Source: a virus (Duplodnaviria; Caudoviricetes). Taken from it: a stretch of DNA of 64,000 bases. The translations under genes and the position numbers were made by a program. The notes under the pieces are model-generated. The model was not told the DNA's origin. It saw nothing but the letters and a program-made list of their open reading frames with translations, and ran no database searches. The stretch spans positions 1 through 64,000 of the IMG/VR virus record IMGVR_UViG_3300048598_000163; one strand, given 5' to 3'. Shown here in pieces: positions 26,516 to 36,162 of this stretch (positions are counted from its first letter, which is position 1; the number at the start of each line of letters is the position of its first letter).

Positions 26516-26746
26516 CTATCCTGTAATTGTCACTGTTCCTGTCTCCGATGTAGCTCCGGGACCGGCGGGTGTAGAGCATTTTATCCCAGCAGCCACCAGG
26601 CCATCGGCCTGCTTTACTTCATCTATAAAATCCTGGGCGATCCCTTCCCAGAGCTCTTTTACCGCCGCTTTCGCCTCATCAGAAGCGTTGCTTGCCGTCA
26701 GCCTTGCGGCTATCTTGTCACCCAGTCTTGTGTTTGACATTGCCAT
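26516..26746 (-). CDS. Small hypothetical baseplate-region protein
   Basis: MAMSNTRLG... fills gap between spike and LysM genes. Confidence 0.5.
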   Translation of the reverse strand: MAMSNTRLGDKIAARLTASNASDEAKAAVKELWEGIAQDFIDEVKQADGLVAAGIKCSTPAGPGATSETGTVTITG

Positions 26747-26750
26747 AGCG

Positions 26751-27617
26751 TTACGTTCCTTTTGCCTGCGGTCCACTATGCGGCGCGCCCGTAAACGGGC
26801 AGACTACAATCGCGCATAGTGGTCCGGATCCAGTCGGCGGTACATTTCCCTTCATGGAAAAGTCACCGCCATTGATTTCAACATTTCCTGTCACGGTAGT
26901 TTTCGTTGCCTTCACGTTTGCATTTCCAGATACCTCAATCGAGGCGTCACCGGAAACTTTCACGTCAGACTTCGGTACGTTTATTGATATTTCACCGTCC
27001 TTAATCGTAATTACAGTGTCGAAACAGGTGATTTTCATGTCCTTGCCAGAAACCGCATCTATTTTCGTTTCATCGAACAGAGATAAGTGCAGTTCAGGAT
27101 CGGAAGGCTCATAATCAAGAAGAAAGCTTGTTTTTTCATCCGGTGAAACCACCTTGGCTGTACCGTTATCATGATTATACTCGGTTTTCCAATTACCTGG
27201 AAGAACGCGCTGCCTGACCGGATCTTTCTTTTCTTTCTCGGAATCATCCTTTGCCATGAAAGCGTCTACGTGCGGTGTTTCGTAAATAGAAAAACCAGAG
27301 CATAAAACGAATGCACTATCGATTGTACCTGACGGCATCATTATGAAAACTCGAGAATCTTCAGGGGGTAGATTGCGCTCGCCAGAAACATATTTTTGTC
27401 CTTCAGTGTTAACTTTCACCCATTCTTTGCTTGATACCGGTACCGATCCGACGAAGATGCCGGTGTCGAGGTATACATCAACTGAATTTGATGTTGAGTT
27501 AACGGCCTGAACAACACCCCAACATCCATACCTATTGGTCATCGGGCTGCTGGAGCAAGCATTACGTCCAGTAGGTAATCGCTTTCCGACGGGCTTTACG
27601 TTTATTGTCACATTCAT
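26751..27617 (-). CDS. Baseplate central spike (gpV/gp45-like)
   Basis: OB-fold-like N-terminus, beta-helix repeats (VKVSGDASIEVSGNANVKA), Cys/His tip CPFTGAPH. Confidence 0.75.
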   Translation of the reverse strand: MNVTINVKPVGKRLPTGRNACSSSPMTNRYGCWGVVQAVNSTSNSVDVYLDTGIFVGSVPVSSKEWVKVNTEGQKYVSGERNLPPEDSRVFIMMPSGTIDSAFVLCSGFSIYETPHVDAFMAKDDSEKEKKDPVRQRVLPGNWKTEYNHDNGTAKVVSPDEKTSFLLDYEPSDPELHLSLFDETKIDAVSGKDMKITCFDTVITIKDGEISINVPKSDVKVSGDASIEVSGNANVKATKTTVTGNVEINGGDFSMKGNVPPTGSGPLCAIVVCPFTGAPHSGPQAKGT

Positions 27618-29047
27618 ACGCTCTTCACCCCTTCAAGCTCGATAAGCGTTTTTCCAGCATTATCAATTTCCCCAATAAACACACCACTTTTTGAGTATTT
27701 CGCCCCACGATTAACAGTACAGACGATAGTCGGTGTTCCTCCGTATGCCCAGCTGTGATCCGTGGACTTGATATAAAACTGCCCCCCGATAAAACCAAGC
27801 CGCTCGCCCGCTCGAGGATTTTTTTCCGGCTTCATAAAATCGGTGGTTAATGTAATTGAGCCGGCGTGCATCTTGTCGATATTCCCATACCATTCTTTCA
27901 TTCGAAGGTTTAATGCTGAAAATGCTTTAAGGATATCGTTATTACGTGTTGAATCGGTTCCAACACGTGCATAACCACGGAAGTTAACCTCGAGCGGCCT
28001 ATACCCGTAAACGGCAAGTTTTTCCGAATCAATACAGACGGTTTGGTCTCCTGATTTACTTAACTGCGAAAGCGTGACATAGGCTTCCTGTGAAAGCACC
28101 GATCCCTCAAGGTACGAATAATATGCGGTATAAACCTCTTCGTCGCTTAACTCGAGATCAAAAGAGGTGAGTTTAACCGGATCGACTTCTGTAATATGCA
28201 GTCCGGTCCATTTCGCTGAAAAACTTATATCATTCAACGTAAGGTCGTCACTATCGAAAGGCGACTCACGGGCAACAATTCTACAATTTCCCGCCTTATC
28301 AACCCTTGAGAATAGTTCATATACGGGCGGAGGAAGAAGCGATTGCCAGATTCCTGTTATGATGTTTACTCCCTGTTGGTAGAATGCACTCGCGATCGGA
28401 TAAGCGAAGTCAGCATCACCATCGGAGGTCTCAAGGAAATCTTCTCCTATAAAGTTTTTAACGATTTCTACAACCTTAGTGTTCCCAAGTGCAACCTCGC
28501 CATTAAGACCGCTTATTGTCATTGCTACATAATCTTCCCAAGTTTTCTGAATAAAGCTTTTCGGGTTTAAGGTCATGCCGGATAATTTCTGCGTAAGGTT
28601 TGTATTCGCGGCGTCAGCATCTTTGACGCTCATTATTCGTATGTTCATGGCAATCTGAAACCTGGTAAAAAGTCCTGCTATGGATTCACCAGAAAAGGAA
28701 GTCGTGTTCCGGACCCCCTTATCAGTTAGATTCTTCCCGACACGTTTTTTGTGTATAACTCCTACGAATGAGGGAGTTCTGTCTGAACCTTCATAAATTT
28801 TCACAACAAACATATTTCGAATTCTATCGTAGGCGGTATAGCCAGAACCGTCAGGATCTTCTTGTATTGTAAAATTAAAACTGCCTTCGATTGAGGATGT
28901 TGCTTCACTGAATGAATAAGAAATCAGACCGTTACAGATTCCCGGAGAGACATTTTCCTTTGGTGCCAAAACGACTACCGGAGATTCTGGTTTTTTATAG
29001 CTGAAAATCTCAATTTTTGGATTCGGGGCTTGCCATTCATATTCCAT
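27614..29047 (-). CDS. Baseplate hub protein
   Basis: Position after tape measure; C-terminal FYIKSTDHSWAYG...TVNRG. Confidence 0.65.
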   Translation of the reverse strand: MEYEWQAPNPKIEIFSYKKPESPVVVLAPKENVSPGICNGLISYSFSEATSSIEGSFNFTIQEDPDGSGYTAYDRIRNMFVVKIYEGSDRTPSFVGVIHKKRVGKNLTDKGVRNTTSFSGESIAGLFTRFQIAMNIRIMSVKDADAANTNLTQKLSGMTLNPKSFIQKTWEDYVAMTISGLNGEVALGNTKVVEIVKNFIGEDFLETSDGDADFAYPIASAFYQQGVNIITGIWQSLLPPPVYELFSRVDKAGNCRIVARESPFDSDDLTLNDISFSAKWTGLHITEVDPVKLTSFDLELSDEEVYTAYYSYLEGSVLSQEAYVTLSQLSKSGDQTVCIDSEKLAVYGYRPLEVNFRGYARVGTDSTRNNDILKAFSALNLRMKEWYGNIDKMHAGSITLTTDFMKPEKNPRAGERLGFIGGQFYIKSTDHSWAYGGTPTIVCTVNRGAKYSKSGVFIGEIDNAGKTLIELEGVKSV

Positions 29048-31497
29048 TATGCGCTCCCGTAAGCATCGACTACCAAGCCTCTATCGAATCTGGCCGCAAG
29101 GCCGTCCATTGACGCTACAAGCCGCCTGATTAAATCGGGAGTTAGCCCGTCGTCGTCCCCAGACGATGCTGCCCTTGATGACTCGGAATTCTGCGATGCC
29201 TTAGCGAATGTAGAGTTCTGCGCTGTATTCCAATCACTGGTAAAACTCGAATCGGCCGTATTTGCGCCAAGCTGAAAGGCTTTAGGATCGGATATCTGGA
29301 ACGAAACCTTATTGTATGCCTTCATCGCCTTGTCGAGTGCATCTAGGATATATTTATCCGCTTCGGAATCTCCTGGTTTTCTATTGTTATAGGCATTAGA
29401 TATAGCACTAAATCCATCACTATTGATGAATGATTTGAGACCTTCCTCGGTTGAAAATCTGTCATGGAGGCTTTTAACCATTTTTGATTCAATAGAATCG
29501 TCTCCAAGCGACGAGGGATTGTCGATTTTCTTATTCATATCTTCGAGAAGTTTTTTTGTTTGCCAATTTGTTTTATCGCTGCCAATAAGACTATCGACAG
29601 TATTGTTTATGGACGAAAGCGGCATTCCTCCCACCTTTGGAATACCGTTTGTGATAAGATTGTTCATAGCTTTTACAAATTCTTCATACGTGGATACATT
29701 GAGTGCATTGCTATTGTTTAACTGATCGCGCTCTGCAGGCGTACGTTCAGAAAGCCATTTGGCTAATGGCTCCATGGTTTTATATTCCTTGGTGTTCTTT
29801 TCTGAATCCAATCCCTTATCAATGAATCCAGCTACCTTTTTCCCCAGAGGATTCCATTCTGCGCCGGTATACATTCCATTAACAATATCAATACCCTTTC
29901 CGTACTGGCCGCCGATAAGGAAGTTCCGAATATCCTGTACAGATTTATCAATACCGCTAAACACCTCAAGTTTCATGTCCATGAATTTACTTCCAATTCG
30001 CGCCATGTTTGTTGAGATATTTTCCGTAGCAACCATAAGTCGGCTCTCATTTGAGACATACTTGGGATTTTCTTTAAGTTCGGCTATTTTTTTCGTGTAT
30101 TTATCGCTCTTAAAGTCTTCGTCTGTTGCAGTCCCTAGCATGTCGTAAACCTGGGCAGCTCCGGTATAATTCAGTCCGAACATTTGTCTATACCGCTCTA
30201 TTTGACCGGTGCGATTATCCCTGCCCTCGATGCCTTGTACTAAGTTTCTTTGCTCTTTCAATAGTTCAGGGCTTAATCCGGATTCCATCAGCATCATCGT
30301 ATCGACGTAATCATTACCACGGGAAGAGCCGTATTTCTGGCGCCAGTCATCAACTTCGTTTTTGTCGCTATCTCCGCGGAGTGTGGTTCCCGATATTTTT
30401 GATGCAGCGCGAAATGTAAGAATGTCTGTTACAGAGGCGAGGCTTGTTGCGTTCGCTATGGAGTTTGACATCTGGCTATATCGCTGCGCGCCCTGTTCGC
30501 CCTTCCAGAGCTCATTGCCACCTGATAATTTCGATAAAAAAGAGAGATCGGAAGCTATTTCGTTGGCACCCTTAACGAACCCCTTACTGATTCCTTCCTG
30601 GAATATTCTTTCTACCGAAGTAAGAAATTCCTCAAACTGGCCCTTCTGAAGACCAGAAGCGAATGTTCCTCCGTACGCGGTTTCCAAGGAATCTTTCCCG
30701 CCGCCGTAACGCTGCATTGTTCCTTCGAACCTGGTTAGGTTTCCGCTACTGGCATTCGTAGCGCGCTGAAATCCGAGTATCTTTGCTTCTGATTCATAAA
30801 CCCCGTTTTCTTTTGTCCCGCCGTATCTGGTGAGATCCATAACGGTTTGCATACCCTCTTCGGCAGAATATCCAAACTTATTGGCGCCTTCTGCTGCTCT
30901 ATCGAAAGCCGCCCTTAGATTTTTAGTGTTTTCTTCTACGCTTCCGGAGGTTTTCCCCAGCATTGCGTTCATCTGCATGGCCGGTTGCATTACCTTTTCC
31001 CACTGCTGGGAAAGGGCATTCGCTCCAGCGGCAAGCCCGCCAACGACAAGTCCGCCAATTCCTACGGCTCCGAGCGCGCCTGCCATTTTATCAAGACCAG
31101 ATCCTTCTTCAGCTTTCTCGCCAAAGAATCTTCCTGCATTCCTTGAAAGATTACCGGCTCCCTGTAAACCACCAATGGCGGTGCCGGCAAAATCCCCTCG
31201 GCCCATTGTATTTATGATGCCCGGGGCCTGATTTACTGTTGATACGAGCCCATTTGCAAGGGCGGCGTTTTGCCGCCCTTGCTGGGCCTGTTGAGCATGA
31301 TCGGAATTTGCAATTCCTCCGGAAGCCGAGCGCAGGTCTTTCAGACCGCCGGCAAGAGAGGAAACAGTCCCCCAATCACCGGCTTCTTCGGCCTTTTTCA
31401 TGGCGTCGGCCATTCCGAGGAAAGCGTCTTTCGTGGTGTTTGCTACAGATGCAACTTGACTTGCGTCAAGGGTCATCTTTATGCCGACATTCGTCAT
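29047..31497 (-). CDS. Tape measure protein
   Basis: 816 aa Ala/Gly-rich helical protein with hydrophobic segment, downstream of tail chaperones. Confidence 0.75.
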   Translation of the reverse strand: MTNVGIKMTLDASQVASVANTTKDAFLGMADAMKKAEEAGDWGTVSSLAGGLKDLRSASGGIANSDHAQQAQQGRQNAALANGLVSTVNQAPGIINTMGRGDFAGTAIGGLQGAGNLSRNAGRFFGEKAEEGSGLDKMAGALGAVGIGGLVVGGLAAGANALSQQWEKVMQPAMQMNAMLGKTSGSVEENTKNLRAAFDRAAEGANKFGYSAEEGMQTVMDLTRYGGTKENGVYESEAKILGFQRATNASSGNLTRFEGTMQRYGGGKDSLETAYGGTFASGLQKGQFEEFLTSVERIFQEGISKGFVKGANEIASDLSFLSKLSGGNELWKGEQGAQRYSQMSNSIANATSLASVTDILTFRAASKISGTTLRGDSDKNEVDDWRQKYGSSRGNDYVDTMMLMESGLSPELLKEQRNLVQGIEGRDNRTGQIERYRQMFGLNYTGAAQVYDMLGTATDEDFKSDKYTKKIAELKENPKYVSNESRLMVATENISTNMARIGSKFMDMKLEVFSGIDKSVQDIRNFLIGGQYGKGIDIVNGMYTGAEWNPLGKKVAGFIDKGLDSEKNTKEYKTMEPLAKWLSERTPAERDQLNNSNALNVSTYEEFVKAMNNLITNGIPKVGGMPLSSINNTVDSLIGSDKTNWQTKKLLEDMNKKIDNPSSLGDDSIESKMVKSLHDRFSTEEGLKSFINSDGFSAISNAYNNRKPGDSEADKYILDALDKAMKAYNKVSFQISDPKAFQLGANTADSSFTSDWNTAQNSTFAKASQNSESSRAASSGDDDGLTPDLIRRLVASMDGLAARFDRGLVVDAYGSA

Positions 31498-31799
31498 CTG
31501 CTCAACATCCTCTGTATTTCATCTTCTTTATAGCCGAGATCACGTAACTCTTCTTCGTCTACGTCGACCGACTGTTTCGACTGCCTGAAGGCATCTCTCA
31601 ATTCCTCGTTTGTATAGGTCATTGCATACTCGTACAGAACATCAAGCTGCCAATCAGTCAGATCAATGTTCTTCCATTCCCTCGGTGATACCGTCAAATA
31701 ATCCATTGCCCACAGCAGCTTTATCGTTTTCGCCGGTAGGTACTGGTGCAGTTTTTGGTTTCGAGGCCTTTCCAATGATTTTCTGCATTTCAGTGCGAA
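31494..31799 (-). CDS. Tail assembly chaperone downstream (T) frame, probably expressed by frameshift
   Basis: Open frame overlapping the chaperone 3' end; KLLWAMDYLTVSP...DLTDWQLDVLY. Confidence 0.6.
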   Translation of the reverse strand, partial: FALKCRKSLERPRNQKLHQYLPAKTIKLLWAMDYLTVSPREWKNIDLTDWQLDVLYEYAMTYTNEELRDAFRQSKQSVDVDEEELRDLGYKEDEIQRMLSR

Positions 31800-32193
31800 A
31801 AGCCGATGCCTTCTGATAGAGTTCATCATTAAACTCTTCGTCCGGCACCTCCTGGAATGAGAAATTCGGGTTTGCTTTCTTGGCCGCTTCGAACCAAGCC
31901 GGCCCGGAAACAACAATAACATCAAGGGTAGAGCAAACCATGTTCACTCTGTCAGGAAAAGCATCGAAGGCAACAGCGGAGAGGCCGTTACGATGGTATG
32001 CCATGAGCTTCCCAATCGTGATGACATCCCGCTGCTTCGGATACTTGATGACGAATTCGCCCCGGCTTGTGGCCACCTTGGTGGTGACATCTTTTCCCAT
32101 TACGAGCCGACTGAAAACGTCCTCGCGTTCTCCTTCGGTAAGCTGCTCTACTTCATTCGCGCGGTCTACCTTGTCTACGATGCTGTATTCCAT
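31663..32193 (-). CDS. Tail assembly chaperone (G)
   Basis: Between tube and tape measure; STLDVIVVSGPAWF motif. Confidence 0.75.
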   Translation of the reverse strand: MEYSIVDKVDRANEVEQLTEGEREDVFSRLVMGKDVTTKVATSRGEFVIKYPKQRDVITIGKLMAYHRNGLSAVAFDAFPDRVNMVCSTLDVIVVSGPAWFEAAKKANPNFSFQEVPDEEFNDELYQKASAFRTEMQKIIGKASKPKTAPVPTGENDKAAVGNGLFDGITEGMEEH

Positions 32194-32205
32194 ACTTTAC
32201 CCCTC

Positions 32206-32691
32206 TTAGTTTTTGGAAAGTGCCCTGAACTGAACGTTTCCGCGGACATAGGTGTTTCCGTCTACCTGCTTGCCGTCGGAAGTTACGATTGCGCCGCTGA
32301 ACGAATCAAGTATAACCCCGTCCTTCTTGTTGTAGAAGTCCATGTACTCGATTTTCTGGACCGCACCGGCATCCATAATCTTGGCTCTGGTGGGAAGAAT
32401 ATCCATGAGGCATATTTTTCCGCCGTCGCCGTACTGCTGTTCGCCGTCAAGCAGCTTTTTTGCAGGAATGAACTGTCCGATGTTTATCGTGCAGTTGTAC
32501 CCCTGCGGATCGATTGAAATAGGCCCGAGGTTTCCAAGGCACACAGCATCCTGTACCTGAAAGTCCTCGTTTGCCTGATAGCTCGTCACGAACGCGACGA
32601 CTTCAGCGTCTGATGCAGAGGTTCCAACGCGCACATGGCAATTGAAACCCGTTGCAATGACGCTTCCGGAAATGTTAGGTAAACCAGCCAT
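32206..32691 (-). CDS. Tail tube protein
   Basis: 161 aa directly after sheath. Confidence 0.75.
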   Translation of the reverse strand: MAGLPNISGSVIATGFNCHVRVGTSASDAEVVAFVTSYQANEDFQVQDAVCLGNLGPISIDPQGYNCTINIGQFIPAKKLLDGEQQYGDGGKICLMDILPTRAKIMDAGAVQKIEYMDFYNKKDGVILDSFSGAIVTSDGKQVDGNTYVRGNVQFRALSKN

Positions 32692-32705
32692 CTACTGTTC
32701 CTCCC

Positions 32706-34424
32706 TTATACCGACACCGTGGTGGATTCGCCGTAAACATAGTTGTTCGCGGTGATGAAGAAGAAGTTCTGCGGAGCCGTAAGGTAACGCGAGAACGTGA
32801 TGTACTTTTTATCACCTTTTACGGTGATCTTGAGCCCCCAATAGAACTCGCCGGAGTCGTTCGACTGGACGAGGCCCATTCCGGCCCATTCTGCGACGGC
32901 CTGCTTGAAGGTTTCTTCCTCTTCGCCGCCCTTGGAAATCGAAGGCTTTCCGACTCCCTGGCTGTAACGCTGGCGAAGGTCGCGGTTCATGTACAGGTCT
33001 TCGCGAACCATCGACCGCTCTACATCCTGCAGGGTTGACCCCTGGTAGGTGGTCATCGCACGAATGACCGCAAGGCGGTTGTCGTCCGTGGTTCCACCGC
33101 ACAGAACGCCGGCCTTTATGAGCTTCTCTTTCTCGCTGGTACGAAGATTCTTGTAGAACGAAAGAACCTTGACGGTTTTCCAGGTAAGAGGCTCGTTGAC
33201 CGATACGCATGATTCCAGGCCGAGAAGCTTGCAAGCGAAATAGCTCGCCGCGAGTGTTTCGGTATCGCCAGTAATCGGGTTGCTGGCAATGATTGCCGGA
33301 TAGCAGTACGAGATGTACTTTGACCCGAACGTCTTCGCTTTCGTAATCGCCTCGTCAACGCTTTCTCCGATCGGTCCACCGAGTAACGCGGTGCGCTCCT
33401 TGCGGTTCGTAACATTGCTCATGGAAATGCAGTGATTTCCAATAAGTGCAGTAACGGCAACGTCGGTGGAAGGGGTCGAAACGATCTGGACATCCTCGGT
33501 TTCGAGTGCCTGGAGCGCGTCGTTCCATTCAGAGACGGTATAAGCACCAACCGTTCCGCCTTCGAAATACACATACCCGGTGTCGTTGTCAGGAATCAGT
33601 CGTTCCGCTCCGTTCACAAGGGCGACAGACCCTACGTAGGGGTTGTTCTCGAGAGCCTGGATGAGAGCGTACAGATTGCTTCTGAACGTGGCGGCGGCCG
33701 ACAGGCTGATACCGGACGCGGCGTCAAGATCAGCCGTAAGCGCATTCGGCGTATTGTCCTGAAGAATTGCGACATAGGACGGATTGTCGTTGAACCGTGC
33801 AACGAGCTCCTCGACCGTCTCCACGTCTGCGAAATTTACGGTTATGCCGTCATCAGCCCCGGTTACCGCGACGGTAATTCCGGTAGCGGTAATGGCAGCC
33901 GTAGCGGCAGACCCGGCGCCGGTATACTGCAGAGTGAACGAATCGAGACCGATATTATCGGTTACGGTTTCGTCTCCCTTGTAGTTGGCGATCACCTTTT
34001 TCGTGTAGGTGTTCGTTCCGCTCAAGATTTTCACTTTGAGCTGGTTCGTGTGCACCCCGTAATCCCACGCCTTGATTGCGAGAATTCCGGCCGTTCCGTT
34101 CTTGAGCGTGCGCCCCGCTTGAGTGCCGGGATTTACACGCATGGCAAGAATCTTCTGCGGGGTATAATCGCCACCGGGCGTGAACGCATGAGATACAGCC
34201 TCAAGCAATTCGCCGCTCACGAGCGCATCTTTGGCCTCGGCTATCGTCGCAAACTCAAGAAGCGTCTGCGGCTTTCCTCCGGTCGATTTCCCGAGGATCA
34301 CGCCGTTTCCGGCGGAAACACCGCCTGACCCTCCTCCAACGGAATTACTCCTGGAATACGAACCAGGAATATAATGTTCCGATCTCTGCCCGGCAGATTC
34401 AAATATCGCAGGACCAACACCCAT
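32706..34424 (-). CDS. Tail sheath protein
   Basis: HYIPGSYSR N-terminus, WNDALQALE, HCISMS...ERTALLG, EKLIKAGV motifs. Confidence 0.92.
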   Translation of the reverse strand: MGVGPAIFESAGQRSEHYIPGSYSRSNSVGGGSGGVSAGNGVILGKSTGGKPQTLLEFATIAEAKDALVSGELLEAVSHAFTPGGDYTPQKILAMRVNPGTQAGRTLKNGTAGILAIKAWDYGVHTNQLKVKILSGTNTYTKKVIANYKGDETVTDNIGLDSFTLQYTGAGSAATAAITATGITVAVTGADDGITVNFADVETVEELVARFNDNPSYVAILQDNTPNALTADLDAASGISLSAAATFRSNLYALIQALENNPYVGSVALVNGAERLIPDNDTGYVYFEGGTVGAYTVSEWNDALQALETEDVQIVSTPSTDVAVTALIGNHCISMSNVTNRKERTALLGGPIGESVDEAITKAKTFGSKYISYCYPAIIASNPITGDTETLAASYFACKLLGLESCVSVNEPLTWKTVKVLSFYKNLRTSEKEKLIKAGVLCGGTTDDNRLAVIRAMTTYQGSTLQDVERSMVREDLYMNRDLRQRYSQGVGKPSISKGGEEEETFKQAVAEWAGMGLVQSNDSGEFYWGLKITVKGDKKYITFSRYLTAPQNFFFITANNYVYGESTTVSV

Positions 34425-34434
34425 AGGAACCTCC

Positions 34435-34623
34435 TTATTTCACCTTGCGCTCAAGAAGAGTTTTGACTGTTAAAAGCCACTCCTCTTCCGTCATCGTTTT
34501 CTTTGCATAGAGCGTCCGTACAAGATCGCCTATACCCTCTTTCTGCGGATGGATTTCGAGGAACTGATTAACCCCCATCACCCGCGCTGCCGTTGTTTCG
34601 GTTTCAGTCGATGCCTTTGACAT
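34435..34623 (-). CDS. Small hypothetical protein
   Basis: 62 aa ORF in tail operon. Confidence 0.55.
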   Translation of the reverse strand: MSKASTETETTAARVMGVNQFLEIHPQKEGIGDLVRTLYAKKTMTEEEWLLTVKTLLERKVK

Positions 34624-35329
34624 GATTGGTTACCTCCGTAATGATGTCGTTAGATATCTCAACTATCTCGGTATCGATGATTGACTGTTCGATGAAATAA
34701 TCTCCATCGAAAGAAATCTGCGCGCCGGACAGCTTTACCCCAAAATCAAGATTGTAATTATTACTTCTCTGACCCTTAATGGATTCATCGAACACGGTTA
34801 ATCCATTGGCCTGATAAAGATCGTCCATTGCCGCTCGCATACCGGTTGCAACAAAGAGCCGAGTCATCTCATAGAGCTCGTTTTTTAACTGAATATTGTC
34901 TGCCCATATTTCGATTGAAATACGATCGGACCTGCGGACAGTATTGCATATTCCATATAGAAAATCACGGCCGGATATAGCTTTTTTGAGGTTTTCAACG
35001 ACCTGGGCACTGACCATGTATCCAGCGCCTATCAGTAAATCGAAATCGGAAACATCAAGAGAAATAGATTGGCACTCGGTCAGCTCGATGAGTTTACTCG
35101 GTTTTGTGTCAACCTCTGTCGTTACAATAATCGCAGGAAACAACCCTTCGGTATTCAGTGCCGATCCGGATGCTTGCTGAAGTAAAAGCCGTGCAAAAGG
35201 ATGCTCGTTCGTAATATTTACGCTGTAATTCTTATACAGGTCAGCAATACCCATTGAGTCGTAATACTTTTTCAGGGCTTTAACGAATTTCTGTTCAAGT
35301 ATGAGCCCCCGGTTTAAGTAAAAAATCAT
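34604..35329 (-). CDS. Tail terminator/completion-like protein
   Basis: Position before sheath; HPFARL...FPAIIVT. Confidence 0.55.
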   Translation of the reverse strand: MIFYLNRGLILEQKFVKALKKYYDSMGIADLYKNYSVNITNEHPFARLLLQQASGSALNTEGLFPAIIVTTEVDTKPSKLIELTECQSISLDVSDFDLLIGAGYMVSAQVVENLKKAISGRDFLYGICNTVRRSDRISIEIWADNIQLKNELYEMTRLFVATGMRAAMDDLYQANGLTVFDESIKGQRSNNYNLDFGVKLSGAQISFDGDYFIEQSIIDTEIVEISNDIITEVTNHVKGID

Positions 35330-36162
35330 ATTCCGAAATCCTCCCGGGTGCCGCGTTCAAGCATCGCGGCTACCGCTTCATTCGTTTGAGATACGACTCC
35401 GGCGGTAACATGGCGAGCCGGTGTTGCGGGTTTAATCCAGCTGTCCGCGGGAGAATCAGCAGAGATCACTCGAAAGGTAAAGTATCCTCCCTTGTTTGAC
35501 ATTTTTACCATTCCCTCGGCGTCGCCAAATTCATTTCCCGTAACGCTATCTAGCCTGTCTCCCCACTTGTATTCACGCCTTTGTATGCCATCTCCCCAAA
35601 AGTTATCTTCAAGATGAGTCTCTTTCTTAACAACAGAAGCGGAAAAATCCTTATTCTTGACGATCTGAAAAACAGACTCCGGCATTATATTTCTGAATGA
35701 CCCTGAATTTGGGGTCCCCCATCGGAATGGAATTATCAAATACGGGACATACTTATATCCACCGCCCTTCAGCTTCTTTTTTGCTACCCTTCCTTTTTCC
35801 CCGTATGGATGCGTTAGCTTCATGTCGACCTGCGGTGTTCCATTTTCCATCCAATCAGCTATCTCGGAATCACTTGCGATCTCATAATCAAAAGGTCCTA
35901 TTTTCTTTATCTTGATGCTGCTGGCATATTTTCCTGACGGAGACTTCATTGGTGTTACACCTGGAAGAGATCCTCCCATTGCGTATCCCTGCCAAGTTTT
36001 CTTCACCAATCCGGCTGCTCTTTCCATCTCTGCAGCCGTCGACGGCATCCCGTCGGCCATTTCTGATAAAGTTCCAACCAGGCGCTGCAGGACATCATTA
36101 TCGAGGGTTATCTGCATCTTAGTCATTCTGATTGATCCTCCTACCTTCCTTGAAAGCAGCAA
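35326..36162 (-). CDS. Neck / tail-completion protein
   Basis: MENGTPQVDMK, YLIIPFRW, YFTFRVISADSPADSWI resemble SPO1-like neck proteins. Confidence 0.6.
   Translation of the reverse strand: MLLSRKVGGSIRMTKMQITLDNDVLQRLVGTLSEMADGMPSTAAEMERAAGLVKKTWQGYAMGGSLPGVTPMKSPSGKYASSIKIKKIGPFDYEIASDSEIADWMENGTPQVDMKLTHPYGEKGRVAKKKLKGGGYKYVPYLIIPFRWGTPNSGSFRNIMPESVFQIVKNKDFSASVVKKETHLEDNFWGDGIQRREYKWGDRLDSVTGNEFGDAEGMVKMSNKGGYFTFRVISADSPADSWIKPATPARHVTAGVVSQTNEAVAAMLERGTREDFGI

Noticed and set aside
31663-31925. Canonical -1 frameshift for the tail chaperone
   Set aside because: Frame arithmetic requires +1 or -2; reported as a +1 candidate instead
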